Shown piece by piece: positions 1-8,569 of a DNA stretch of 64,000 nt; within the stretch, counting starts at the first letter, position 1, and each line of letters starts with the position of its first letter. Origin of the DNA: Actinomycetota bacterium (GTDB lineage Bacteria > Actinomycetota > UBA4738 > HRBIN12); contig DASUQI010000010.1 of assembly GCA_036280655.1 (NCBI GenBank), positions 13,104 through 77,103 on the forward strand. Direction: 5' to 3'. A program made the position numbers and the translations under genes. The notes beneath the pieces were generated by a model, which worked only from the letters and a program-made list of their open reading frames with translations, made no database searches and was not told where the DNA came from.

Positions 1-175
1 CACGTCGTGAGCATGCGCGCGGGACGTTTCAGACCTGTTTCGTCCCTCGTCCGGGGACCCAAGCCGGGCGGGCCTGTAAGCCAACCGAAACGCCCGCGCA
101 ACCCAACCGAAAGCATCGCCGCCGATGGTGCCTCCCGGAGAGGTCGGAGCGGATCCGGCCGGAAGGGAGGAGGAG

Positions 176-1468
176 ATGAGGAGCCCACGATCCATCCGGG
201 CGGTCGGGGCCATCGCGGCAGCGGCGCTCGTCTTCGTCGCCGCCGCGGCGGGCTACAGCCCGAAGAGCGGAGACGTCGCACGCGCAGCGCTGCCGAACGA
301 GGTCTCGAAGTGGAACGAGATCGCCCAGAACACGGTCCTGGCGCAGGCGCCCAACGCCTCCGCGCCACCCGCCGCGTTCGTCTTCATGGCGATGGTGCAG
401 GGCTCGGTGTACGGCGCTGTCAACGCGATCGACCGCGAGCATCGACCGTACCTCGTGATGGAGCGGGCCGACCCCGATGCCTCGAAGGAGGCGGCCGTGG
501 CGACCGCGGCGTTCCGTGTCCTGGACACGGTCTTCCCGGCACAGCACGCCGCGCTCCAGGCCGCGTACGACGGCTCGCTCGGAGCCATCCCGGACGGACC
601 GATGAAGGACGCCGGGATCGCCGTCGGTGCGGAGGCGGCCACCGCCATGCTCGCCGAGGGGCACGACGGACGATCCGGTCCGATCCCGCCGCTCCCCCCG
701 CAGGGGCCGGGGTTCTGGGAGCCGCTGCTGACAGGTGGCGGCGTGCCGATCCTCGATCCGAGCCCGTGGGTGGCCCTCGCGGAACCGTTCCTGGTCAAGA
801 GTTCGTCGCAGTTCCGCACGGACGGTCCGTACGCGCTCACCAGCGACGAGTACGCCGCGGACTTCAACGAGGTCAAGGCACTCGGCGACGTGGACAGTGC
901 CGTCCGGACGGCCGAACAAACCCACATCGCCATCTTCTGGCAGAGCAATCCCGCCGCGACGTGGAACAGCGTGGCGCGACGCCTGGCTGGGGAACAGGAG
1001 CTCGACATCACGGAGAGCGCCGTCCTGTTCGGGTTGCTCAACCTGAGTGCCGCGGACGCGTCCATCAACTGTTGGAACGACAAGTACCACTACGGGTTCT
1101 GGCGGCCGATCGCGGCGATCCGCGAGGCCGACACCGACGGCAACCCGGCGACGGAACCGGACCCGACCTGGGCACCGTTCTTCCTGCCGCCCTATCCCGA
1201 TCACCCGTCGGGAGCCAACTGCTTCGGAGCATCGAGCCTCAGCGCATTGAAGGCGTACTTCGGCGACGAGACCCCCTTCTACGTGACGAGCGCTCAGTTC
1301 CCCGGTGAGCAGCGTCCGTTCGAGCGGTTCTCCGATGCGATCAGCGAGATCATCGAGGCTCGCATCTGGGGAGGCCTGCACTTCCGCAACGCGGACGTGC
1401 AGGGGGCGACGCTCGGCAAGCAGGTCGTCCGCTACGCGAAGCTGCACTACTTCCAGCCGATGAACTGA
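176..1468 (+). CDS. Secreted PAP2-superfamily / vanadium-dependent haloperoxidase-like protein
   Basis: N-terminal signal-like segment MRSPRSIRAVGAIAAAALVFVAAAAG. PAP2/haloperoxidase motifs KYHYGFWRPIAAIR (K..RP), YPDHPSGA (PSG), RIWGGLHFRNAD (R..G.H...D). An RBS ggaagggaggagg precedes ATG 176; the alternative start at 125 extends the N-terminus. Confidence 0.6.
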   Translation: MRSPRSIRAVGAIAAAALVFVAAAAGYSPKSGDVARAALPNEVSKWNEIAQNTVLAQAPNASAPPAAFVFMAMVQGSVYGAVNAIDREHRPYLVMERADPDASKEAAVATAAFRVLDTVFPAQHAALQAAYDGSLGAIPDGPMKDAGIAVGAEAATAMLAEGHDGRSGPIPPLPPQGPGFWEPLLTGGGVPILDPSPWVALAEPFLVKSSSQFRTDGPYALTSDEYAADFNEVKALGDVDSAVRTAEQTHIAIFWQSNPAATWNSVARRLAGEQELDITESAVLFGLLNLSAADASINCWNDKYHYGFWRPIAAIREADTDGNPATEPDPTWAPFFLPPYPDHPSGANCFGASSLSALKAYFGDETPFYVTSAQFPGEQRPFERFSDAISEIIEARIWGGLHFRNADVQGATLGKQVVRYAKLHYFQPMN

Positions 1469-1532
1469 GGATGTGCTTGCGAGGGGGCCGCGACACGTGG
1501 TCTCCTCGCGGCGCTCCCAGTCCCGGCGCTGA

Positions 1533-2048
1533 TCAGAAGGGCTCGAAGCCCGCGCGGACGAGCATCGCGCGGACCTCGCGCTCCTCGTGCCCGCGATCCA
1601 CGAGCTCCTTGTAGATGCGGACCGCCGCGAGCGAACGCCCGCACCGCGGGCAGAACAGGAAGTGGTGCTCGGCCGGCGTCTCGCACCACGGGCACCTCGT
1701 GATCTCGACGCGGTGGTCGGGCTCGAGCCCCGTGTCGGCGAGCGCGTCGATGTACCCCTTGCCGTAGTCCCACTGGATGTACTCGGCCTCGCGCACCTCG
1801 AACGCCGGCTCGTGCATCCGGGGTTCGCCTGTCTTCAACATGTGCTCGAGGTTCTCGCGCAGAAGCTCCCACTCGTAGAAGTGGTTCTCGCCGCAGTCCG
1901 GGCACGCGATCACGACGCCCTTCACGCCCTGCTGCTGGAACACGGTGCGCATCCCGCCGAGGTCGTCGAGGTCGGCGCGGATGTCGTCCTCCTCCCCGGG
2001 CTCGGGGCCGAAGGTCTCCTGTTCGTCGTCGCCGGTGGGCTCTTCCAT
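1533..2048 (-). CDS. Hypothetical zinc-ribbon protein (four CxxC pairs), translationally coupled to PIG-L deacetylase
   Basis: The real start is MEEPTGDDEQ, whose ATG overlaps the PIG-L TGA stop (ATGA at 2046-2050). CPDCG...CPWC...CPRCG motifs are present. The upstream part of the listed 387-aa ORF is R/G-rich junk. Confidence 0.6.
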   Translation of the reverse strand: MEEPTGDDEQETFGPEPGEEDDIRADLDDLGGMRTVFQQQGVKGVVIACPDCGENHFYEWELLRENLEHMLKTGEPRMHEPAFEVREAEYIQWDYGKGYIDALADTGLEPDHRVEITRCPWCETPAEHHFLFCPRCGRSLAAVRIYKELVDRGHEEREVRAMLVRAGFEPF

Positions 2049-2752
2049 CAGTCCACGTCCTCGTCTCGGAGGTCGAACGCCTTGAAGCCCTCCGCGAGCT
2101 CGTGGCCCGACTGCTCGCCCACCTCGCGGGCGGCCTCGCGCACCCACTCCTCGGCGTCCTCGACGCCCTGCGAGACGTGCTTGCGGAGCGCCTCGAGCTT
2201 CGTCTCGATCGTCTTCGTGATGTCGACGAAGGTATCGGCGTCGGCCGACGAGAGCCAGAGGTTCGGCACCTCGAACGGCTCGCGTCCCTCCTCGAGCAGC
2301 TCGGGGAACTGCGGACGGCTCGGCGCGTCGGGCATCACCGCGCAGAGCGCGAGCAGGCCGGCCTGCTTGTGATCCCAGTGGTTGATGTACCGCCTCTTGA
2401 CCCACAGCTGCGACGGGTCCGGCGCGACGATCACCTCGGGCCTGACCTTGCGGACGACCCGGCACACGTCCCGCCGCGTGTCGAGGTTCACCTCCAGCTC
2501 GCCGTCGCGGTAGCCGAGGAAGCTGAGGCTCCGCACGCCGAGGACCTCGGCGGCCGCGCGCTGCTCGGCCTCGCGGATCGGGATCAGGCCCTCGCGCGTG
2601 ACGCCGGGATCGTTCGAGCCGGCCGAGCCGTCCGTGACGATGCAGTAGTGGACGTCGGTCCCCTCCTTCGCCCACGCCGCGATCGTCCCGCCGCACATGA
2701 ACTCGGCGTCGTCCGGGTGGGCGAAGATGACGAGCGCGCTCGCGAACCCCAC
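2048..2752 (-). CDS. PIG-L family (LmbE-like) N-acetylglucosaminyl deacetylase, paralog 1
   Basis: AHPDDAE motif near the N-terminus (VIFAHPDDAEFMCGG); about 234 aa, typical of MshB/Mca/BshB-type deacetylases. Confidence 0.8.
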   Translation of the reverse strand: MGFASALVIFAHPDDAEFMCGGTIAAWAKEGTDVHYCIVTDGSAGSNDPGVTREGLIPIREAEQRAAAEVLGVRSLSFLGYRDGELEVNLDTRRDVCRVVRKVRPEVIVAPDPSQLWVKRRYINHWDHKQAGLLALCAVMPDAPSRPQFPELLEEGREPFEVPNLWLSSADADTFVDITKTIETKLEALRKHVSQGVEDAEEWVREAAREVGEQSGHELAEGFKAFDLRDEDVD

Positions 2753-2911
2753 GAAGCCAGGGTACCGGCTGCCGAAAGCTCCGTGGAGGGGCGCTTGCGG
2801 CGGGCCCGGCCGGGGGGCTCGATACCGCCCGTGGACGGGAGCGCCGTCGTCAGCGGAATCAACGTCCTCCTCGTCAGCGCGATCTGGCTCATGGTGGGGT
2901 TCAGCGTGTTC

Positions 2912-4150
2912 TCATCCTATGGGGTCGTCGCGCGCTTCTTTCTGGCCCTCGGCGCATGGCTCACGCTGCTCGTTCGGGTTCCGGGCGGGCGTCGTCTCGG
3001 CCGCCGGGCGTGGGTCCGAAGGCCCGAGGGATATGCCGCGGCGTCGAAGCAGCTCGTGGTACTCGGATCGGCGCTCAAAGGTGTCGCGCAGCTGCTCGCC
3101 GAGGGCATCGACGAACTGATCCCGGTACGCCGTATCTACGAGGATCGTCACCGCGTAGTACAGGCCTGCGAACGCCGCCACACCTGTGGCTACCCTGACC
3201 AGCTCCCAGGTCACTTGCACGCGCTCGCCGAACCAGGCGATCTCCCAGATGACGGAGTTCGTGTGCAAGAGCCACGCGCCGCGCACATCGGAGGAAACGA
3301 GCAGGGTGCCGAGCAGGACATAGAAGAGCCACACCGCCGCGCTCACGAACAGCACCTGCAACGATTCGCTGATCAGTGCAACGGCTGCGAGGTTCAAGCG
3401 CTCGCGACGGCGGAGGGGCACATCGCCCACCTGTGAGTCGGCCTGCACTTCACGGACGACCCCGGGAAGTCGCACGGAGAGGAAGCCGAAGCCAAGCACA
3501 ACGAAAGTTCCGATCGCAGTCCAGTACGTCGCGGATCCCGTCGTCGTGAACACCTGCCAGATCTCCGTGGTGAAGAACATGACCAGCGAGAAGAACAGCA
3601 GGAGCGGTACGGTTCGGACGAGCACTGCGACCGAGGCGCCGAGCTGCCCGAAGAACCTGATACCCACCCATCGCACGATCGAGATGAGCCCGAATCCGAC
3701 CACGAGGTAGGCGAGGCCGACGAGCGCAGCGTTCACCAGGATCGTGTTGACGCCGAAGACGAACTGGCCACTGAAGGCTATGGGGAGCAACGCGGGCAAC
3801 ACGATGAACGCGACGAGCTCTGGGGTGCCCACACGCCGAGGGATCGACCAGAACGGACGCCCTCGCACGACGTTCAGCACGCCGAAACCACCGAGCAGGA
3901 CGGCCGCCCCGCCGAGCGCGAGCAGCAGGTTGGTCGTCCAGCTCGCCTCGATATCGAGCGCGTTGACGATCTCGATCACGAAGATCAATGCGAGGAACGG
4001 GCTGGCGCGCGTGAAGATGTCCTCGGTCACGGAGAGGTCGACGATCAAGTTCGGCAGGCCGTCGCGACGGAACCCTCGTTCGAGCTCACGGATGCGTTCT
4101 GTTCCCTCGTCCACCGAGGAATCGAACCACAGCCCACGCTGCGAGTTCAT
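2912..4150 (-). CDS. Polytopic integral membrane protein, hypothetical
   Basis: About 10 hydrophobic helices (e.g. FLALIFVIEIVNAL, LVGLAYLVVGFGLISIV, LLLFFSLVMFFTT). Local GC is lower than its surroundings. The C-terminal ~45 aa are low-complexity and the true 3' end is uncertain. Confidence 0.55.
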   Translation of the reverse strand: MNSQRGLWFDSSVDEGTERIRELERGFRRDGLPNLIVDLSVTEDIFTRASPFLALIFVIEIVNALDIEASWTTNLLLALGGAAVLLGGFGVLNVVRGRPFWSIPRRVGTPELVAFIVLPALLPIAFSGQFVFGVNTILVNAALVGLAYLVVGFGLISIVRWVGIRFFGQLGASVAVLVRTVPLLLFFSLVMFFTTEIWQVFTTTGSATYWTAIGTFVVLGFGFLSVRLPGVVREVQADSQVGDVPLRRRERLNLAAVALISESLQVLFVSAAVWLFYVLLGTLLVSSDVRGAWLLHTNSVIWEIAWFGERVQVTWELVRVATGVAAFAGLYYAVTILVDTAYRDQFVDALGEQLRDTFERRSEYHELLRRRGISLGPSDPRPAAETTPARNPNEQREPCAEGQKEARDDPIG

Positions 4151-4246
4151 CGAGCGGCTCGCCCAACAACTGCAGGACGCGTTCCGCGAGCGCGCCGAGT
4201 ACCTGCGGCCGCTCGCGGCGCGGGACGAACGCGTCGCCTCGAACGT

Positions 4247-5575
4247 CTAGGCGTCGTCCCGGCGAAGCGCCACGAGCCGGAGACCGCCACGCGGCCGCAA
4301 GGTAACCACCGGCTGGAGCCCGGGCGGCTCGCCCGAGACGGTGCGGAACCGCCAGCCTCTCGCCAGGGTGGCGAGCACGAGGGTCCCCTCCATCAGCGCG
4401 AACGGCTCCCCGATGCACCGGCGCGGTCCGCCGCCGAACGGGACGTACGCGAACCGCGATCCCTCGGGCCGGTCGGCGAGCCACCGCTCGGGTCGGAAAG
4501 ACTCGACGTCCGGCCACCACCGCTCGTCGTGGTGCAGCAGCCACGGCGCGACGACGACGACGGAGCCGCTCGGGATCGTGAACTCCCCAGCCCGGTGATC
4601 CGCGACGGCGGTCCGGCCGATCGCCCAGGCGGGCGGGCGGAACCGGATCGCCTCGTCGAGCACCGCTCGCGTGTAGGCAAGCCGAGGGATGTCCTCGACG
4701 GTCGGCTCGCCGCCGAGCGCGTCGACCTCCTCGTGCAGCTTCGCCTCGGCGTCGGGGTTCAGCGAGAGCAGCCACCACGTCCATGTGAGCGCGATCGACG
4801 TCGTCTCGTGGCCGGCGAGGAACAACGTGAGCGCCTCGTCGCGCACCTGCTCGTCGCTCATGCCGACGCCGTCCTCGTTCGCACGCAGGAGCAGCGAGAG
4901 CAGGTCGTCCCCGCCCGCGCCGGTCGCGCGGCGCTCGGCGATCATCTCGGCGATCACGGCGTTGAGGTCGGACTCAACGCGGCGGAAGCGGCGCATCGTC
5001 GGCGAGGGCATCCGCGTCAGCAGCCGGAACAGCGGCGAGTAGACGCGGTCGAACATCCCGAGGGTGTCGGTGAGCGCGCGACGGACGATCGCGCTCCGCT
5101 CCTCATCGACGTCGGCGCCGAACAGCGTCTCGCCGACGACCGAGAGCGTGAGCGCGGACATCTGCGCGTGGACGTCCATCTCCTGACCGTCGTGCCACCG
5201 TTCGGCGGTTCGGGTCGCGCCGCGCACCATCGCGCCGGCGTAGGACGCGATGCGGTCGTGGTGGAACATCGGCTGGATCAGCCGGCGCTGCTTCTTATGA
5301 TGCTCGCCCTCGCTCGTGAGCAGCGACTCGCCGAGCAGCATCTTTGCCGCCTGGATCGTCGGACCCTTGTGGAACGCCCGGTGGTCCGTGACGAACACGT
5401 CCCGGACGAGATCCGGATGGTTGAGGAGGAACGCGTCCCGGCCCGGAACGCGCACGCGGACGAGGTCGCCGTAGGTCGCGAGCTCCTCGAGCAGCCCGAT
5501 CGGGTCGCGGCGGAACTTCCGGAGCGCGGCCAGGCGGGACCACGCGGGGCCGGGAGGAGCCGAGACCGTCCTCAC
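4247..5575 (-). CDS. Cytochrome P450
   Basis: Heme-binding loop FGGGPRRCIGEPFA, I-helix AGHETTS, EAIRFRPP (ExxR/PERF region), and an N-terminal PPGP hinge. I trimmed the start to GTG at 5573-5575 (VRTVSAPPGP...); the 176 R-rich codons upstream in the track ORF are not protein-like. Confidence 0.85.
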   Translation of the reverse strand: MRTVSAPPGPAWSRLAALRKFRRDPIGLLEELATYGDLVRVRVPGRDAFLLNHPDLVRDVFVTDHRAFHKGPTIQAAKMLLGESLLTSEGEHHKKQRRLIQPMFHHDRIASYAGAMVRGATRTAERWHDGQEMDVHAQMSALTLSVVGETLFGADVDEERSAIVRRALTDTLGMFDRVYSPLFRLLTRMPSPTMRRFRRVESDLNAVIAEMIAERRATGAGGDDLLSLLLRANEDGVGMSDEQVRDEALTLFLAGHETTSIALTWTWWLLSLNPDAEAKLHEEVDALGGEPTVEDIPRLAYTRAVLDEAIRFRPPAWAIGRTAVADHRAGEFTIPSGSVVVVAPWLLHHDERWWPDVESFRPERWLADRPEGSRFAYVPFGGGPRRCIGEPFALMEGTLVLATLARGWRFRTVSGEPPGLQPVVTLRPRGGLRLVALRRDDA

Positions 5576-5625
5576 CCGGCCATCATCGGGCAGTCCCGCG
5601 GGCCTGGCCACGTACCCTGTGGCGC

Positions 5626-6555
5626 ATGTCCGATCTCCCCGAGGGCTACTCGATCCGTCCCGCGACGAGCGACGACGTCGACCCGGTCGCCGACGCGCTC
5701 GCGGCCGAAGACCTCGCTGCGACGGGCGCGGTCTTCTACGACGCGGACTTCGTCCGAGCCGTGTGGTCCGTGCTCGACCTGCCGAACGACACGTGGGTGA
5801 TCGAGGCGCCCGGCGGCCGCGTGATCGGGCACGCGAACGTCGGCCGTGAGGGCGGAGACGTCGCGGAGGCCTGGGGCATCGTGCACCCGGGGCATCGCGG
5901 CCTGGGGATCGGGTCGCGGCTGCTCGACCTCGTCGACGAACGGGCTGCGGCGCTCCTTCCCCGAGGCGGACGGCTCCAACAGGCCGTCGGTGACACGGAT
6001 CTCGTTGCCGCCGGGATGCTGCAGACACGTGGCTTCGACCGCGTCCGTTCGTTCCGGCACATGGAGATCGAACTCGAAGCCGGCCCGCCGTCGCCCGATC
6101 CACCCGCGGGGATCGAGATCCGAGAGATCGATCCCGAACGGGACTTGCCTACGGTCCATTCGGTCGTCGACGAAGGGTTCCGCGGCGAATGGGGATACCA
6201 GGAGAGCCCGTTCGAAGAGTGGCGTGCTCGCAACGTCGAGGACCGCGACTTCGACCCCGGCCTCTGGTTGCTCGCGAGCGAAGACGGCGAGCCGGTCGGC
6301 GCGCTGACCGGCGTGATGTCCGGCGACCGCGGATGGGTCCTCGAACTCGCCGTTCGATCGCGGTGGCGCGGTCGCGGCGTGGGGTCGGCGATGCTCCGCC
6401 GCTCGTTCGCGTCCTTCGCCGAGAGGGGCCTGCCGCGCGTGATGCTCAACGTCGACTCGGAGAACCCGACCGGCGCGGTCGGCGTGTACGAACGTGCCGG
6501 GATGCGCGCCGTTCGGAGCTGGGACGTCTACGAGCGGACGCTGCCGGCGTCCTGA
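5626..6555 (+). CDS. Tandem-GNAT N-acetyltransferase (MshD-like, mycothiol synthase-type architecture)
   Basis: Two GNAT acetyl-CoA-binding cores (HPGHRGLGIGSRLL and RSRWRGRGVGSAML) in a 309-aa protein, which is the MshD-like two-domain layout. Divergent from the P450 gene. Confidence 0.75.
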   Translation: MSDLPEGYSIRPATSDDVDPVADALAAEDLAATGAVFYDADFVRAVWSVLDLPNDTWVIEAPGGRVIGHANVGREGGDVAEAWGIVHPGHRGLGIGSRLLDLVDERAAALLPRGGRLQQAVGDTDLVAAGMLQTRGFDRVRSFRHMEIELEAGPPSPDPPAGIEIREIDPERDLPTVHSVVDEGFRGEWGYQESPFEEWRARNVEDRDFDPGLWLLASEDGEPVGALTGVMSGDRGWVLELAVRSRWRGRGVGSAMLRRSFASFAERGLPRVMLNVDSENPTGAVGVYERAGMRAVRSWDVYERTLPAS

Positions 6556-6558
6556 GGT

Positions 6559-7116
6559 TCAGCTCGCCGGTCGATAGGCGAGCCGCACCACGCCAGAGCC
6601 GAACGTCGTCGCGCCGATCAGCTCGAGACGCACCGGTCCCACACCGTCGAAGATCCGCGGGCCGGCCGGCCATAGCGCCGGACTCACCCAGAACCAGAAT
6701 TCGTCGATAAGGCCCTGGTCGATGAGGGCCTGGGTGAGCTCGCCTGCGCCGACGGCGACGAGCGTTCGGTCGTGGCTGTCCTTGAGGGCGGCCACGCTCC
6801 TGGACAGATCGCCTTCCAACAGGGTCGCGTTCCACTCCAACGGCGCGCGCAGGGTCCGAGACGCCACGTACTTGGGCATGCTGTTCATCTGATCCGCGAA
6901 GACCCCCAGGCCCGGGGCGTCGGTCAGCGTTGGCCAGACCGCCGCGAGACCCTCGTAGGTCTTGCGCCCCAAAACCATCGCGTCCGCCGAGAGGAACTGC
7001 TCGAGCGACACCTGATTGCTGTCGGCGTCGAGCACCAGCCATCCATCGGGCTCCGGCACCGGCGCCTCGAACGCGCCGTTCACGCTCATGGCGTTGTTGA
7101 CGACCAATCGTCCCAT
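6559..7116 (-). CDS. Dihydrofolate reductase family protein (RibD C-terminal-domain-like)
   Basis: Motifs typical of the bacterial YwjB/RibD-C reductase family: MSVNGAFE..., LVLGRKTYEG..., GAGELTQALIDQGLIDEFWFWVSP. Confidence 0.7.
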   Translation of the reverse strand: MGRLVVNNAMSVNGAFEAPVPEPDGWLVLDADSNQVSLEQFLSADAMVLGRKTYEGLAAVWPTLTDAPGLGVFADQMNSMPKYVASRTLRAPLEWNATLLEGDLSRSVAALKDSHDRTLVAVGAGELTQALIDQGLIDEFWFWVSPALWPAGPRIFDGVGPVRLELIGATTFGSGVVRLAYRPAS

Positions 7117-7174
7117 CGGAGTCCTCCTCGTCCTCGAGCGGGGCGTGGTCCGCCCTCGCGATCCCGGTTCCCCT

Positions 7175-7507
7175 TTACTCCGGATCGTCGAACCGTACGG
7201 ACGCCAGCTGCACCTCGGCCCGCTCGATGCATCCGGCGAGCCACTCGGCCTCCTGGGGTCCCCGCTCGTCCTCCCGGGGAAAGGCGAACTGGTTCAGCGT
7301 CTCGTCCGAGCCGAACTGGATCCCCTTCGTCGCCAGGTACTCCCCCACCGCGAACTCCCACGAGAACAGCGCGGTGCCGTCGCCGAACGCCTGCACCGTG
7401 TAGGTGAGGAAGCGGTTCGGGCTCGCCATGAAGACATCGACGCCTCGCGGGGTTCGACCGGTGCTGCGCGAGAACCCATAGCGACCGAGCGCCTGCTCGA
7501 AGTCCAC
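7175..7507 (-). CDS. Hypothetical protein
   Basis: 110-aa ORF with balanced composition (not R/P-rich), 9 bp downstream of rmuC on the same strand. Confidence 0.45.
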   Translation of the reverse strand: MDFEQALGRYGFSRSTGRTPRGVDVFMASPNRFLTYTVQAFGDGTALFSWEFAVGEYLATKGIQFGSDETLNQFAFPREDERGPQEAEWLAGCIERAEVQLASVRFDDPE

Positions 7508-7516
7508 GCGCCGAGC

Positions 7517-8503
7517 CTACTCGGACGCGATCACCTCCAGGTGCGGGACGTCGCCCGGCACCGGGACCGCCGCGGTCCGGCCGCGTGCGACGGAGCCTCG
7601 CGCCATGCCGAGGTTCGAGCGCAGGTCGTCCGTGCCGTTGTTCACCATCGTCGCCGCCTTCGCGATCTTGTTCTCGAGCACCGACTCCATCGCGTCGAGC
7701 AGCGAGGACACCTCGGCGAGCGCCACCTGCGCGTCGCCGGCGTCGCCGAACCGTCCCGCGAGGCTGTAGAGGAACAGGAGCACCGGCATCGCGGTCGAAT
7801 ACGGGACCACCACAACGCCGCGGGCGAACGCGTCCGCATGCGCCCGACGAAGGACGCCGTACGCCGCGTCGGGCACCGCGGCGACCGCGACCGGCGCGGT
7901 GAGCGCCGGATCGAGGTACTGCGCGACCTCGCGCGCGCGGATCGTCACCTGGCGCTCGACCTCGCGGGCCCGGGTCTCGCGCTCGTCCGGATCGGTCGCG
8001 ACCTCGAGCGCCTCGAGCTCGGCGAGCGCCGTCCACTTCGAGTCGATCGGCAGGCGCCGCCCGTCGGGCAGCAGCAGCCCGAACTCGACCACTCGGCCGT
8101 TCACCCGGAGATCCGTCACGAGCAGCCCCGGCGGCAGCTGCGCGAGGTGCTCGCGAAGGACGTTCTCGCCCCCGCGACCCCGCGATCCGCCGCCCGCCAG
8201 GACCGAGGACAGTCGGCGCACGACCTCCCACGACTCGCGCTCGCGCACCTGACGCTCCTCCTCGCGGACGGCGAGCGTCTCGAGCGCGCGCCGCGCGCCC
8301 GCCAGCTCCGTCCGGACCTGCTCGGCCGAGCCGTCGCGCACGGCCGCCGAGTCGGCGAGCCGCCGCAGCTCGGCCGCCTGGAGCTCGAGCCGGTCCTCCA
8401 CGCGCGTCGACGAGCCCTCCGGCTGCCGGCGCAGCACGACGAAGGCGGCGCCCATGCCGAGCCCGAGCACCAACCCCACCACGATCCACGTGAACGCCGT
8501 CAT
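7517..8503 (-). CDS. rmuC: DNA recombination protein RmuC
   Basis: N-terminal TM (MTAFTWIVVGLVLGLGMGAAFVVL), a coiled-coil, and the RmuC core (LPIDSKWTALAE...YLDP...VP). Start set at ATG 8501-8503, which has a ggaggagg RBS. Confidence 0.7.
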   Translation of the reverse strand: MTAFTWIVVGLVLGLGMGAAFVVLRRQPEGSSTRVEDRLELQAAELRRLADSAAVRDGSAEQVRTELAGARRALETLAVREEERQVRERESWEVVRRLSSVLAGGGSRGRGGENVLREHLAQLPPGLLVTDLRVNGRVVEFGLLLPDGRRLPIDSKWTALAELEALEVATDPDERETRAREVERQVTIRAREVAQYLDPALTAPVAVAAVPDAAYGVLRRAHADAFARGVVVVPYSTAMPVLLFLYSLAGRFGDAGDAQVALAEVSSLLDAMESVLENKIAKAATMVNNGTDDLRSNLGMARGSVARGRTAAVPVPGDVPHLEVIASE

Positions 8504-8569
8504 CAGCACCTCCTCCGGGGCCGCGCCGAGCGTACGGAGGGGGTCTGACACGGCGGGTACGATGCCCGC

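Noticed and set aside
7-1447. Long ORFs 7..1308 (+) and 29..1447 (-) overlapping the PAP2/haloperoxidase-like gene
   Set aside because: Translations are Arg/Gly/Pro/Ala-dominated with no motifs; these are typical antisense/off-frame artefacts of >70% GC DNA. The 125/176..1468 frame has a signal peptide and PAP2 motifs.
4247-6103. Full 618-aa extent of the P450 ORF (N-terminal 176 codons)
   Set aside because: The N-terminal 176 aa are poly-R/P/S junk and would overlap the divergent GNAT gene. The P450 proper begins at the PPGP hinge, so I trimmed to GTG 5573-5575.
7016-8548. 510-aa (+) and 467-aa (-, 7086..8489) ORFs across the rmuC region
   Set aside because: Extremely R/G/A-rich translations; rmuC in the 7517..8503 frame has a TM, coiled-coil and the RmuC core.
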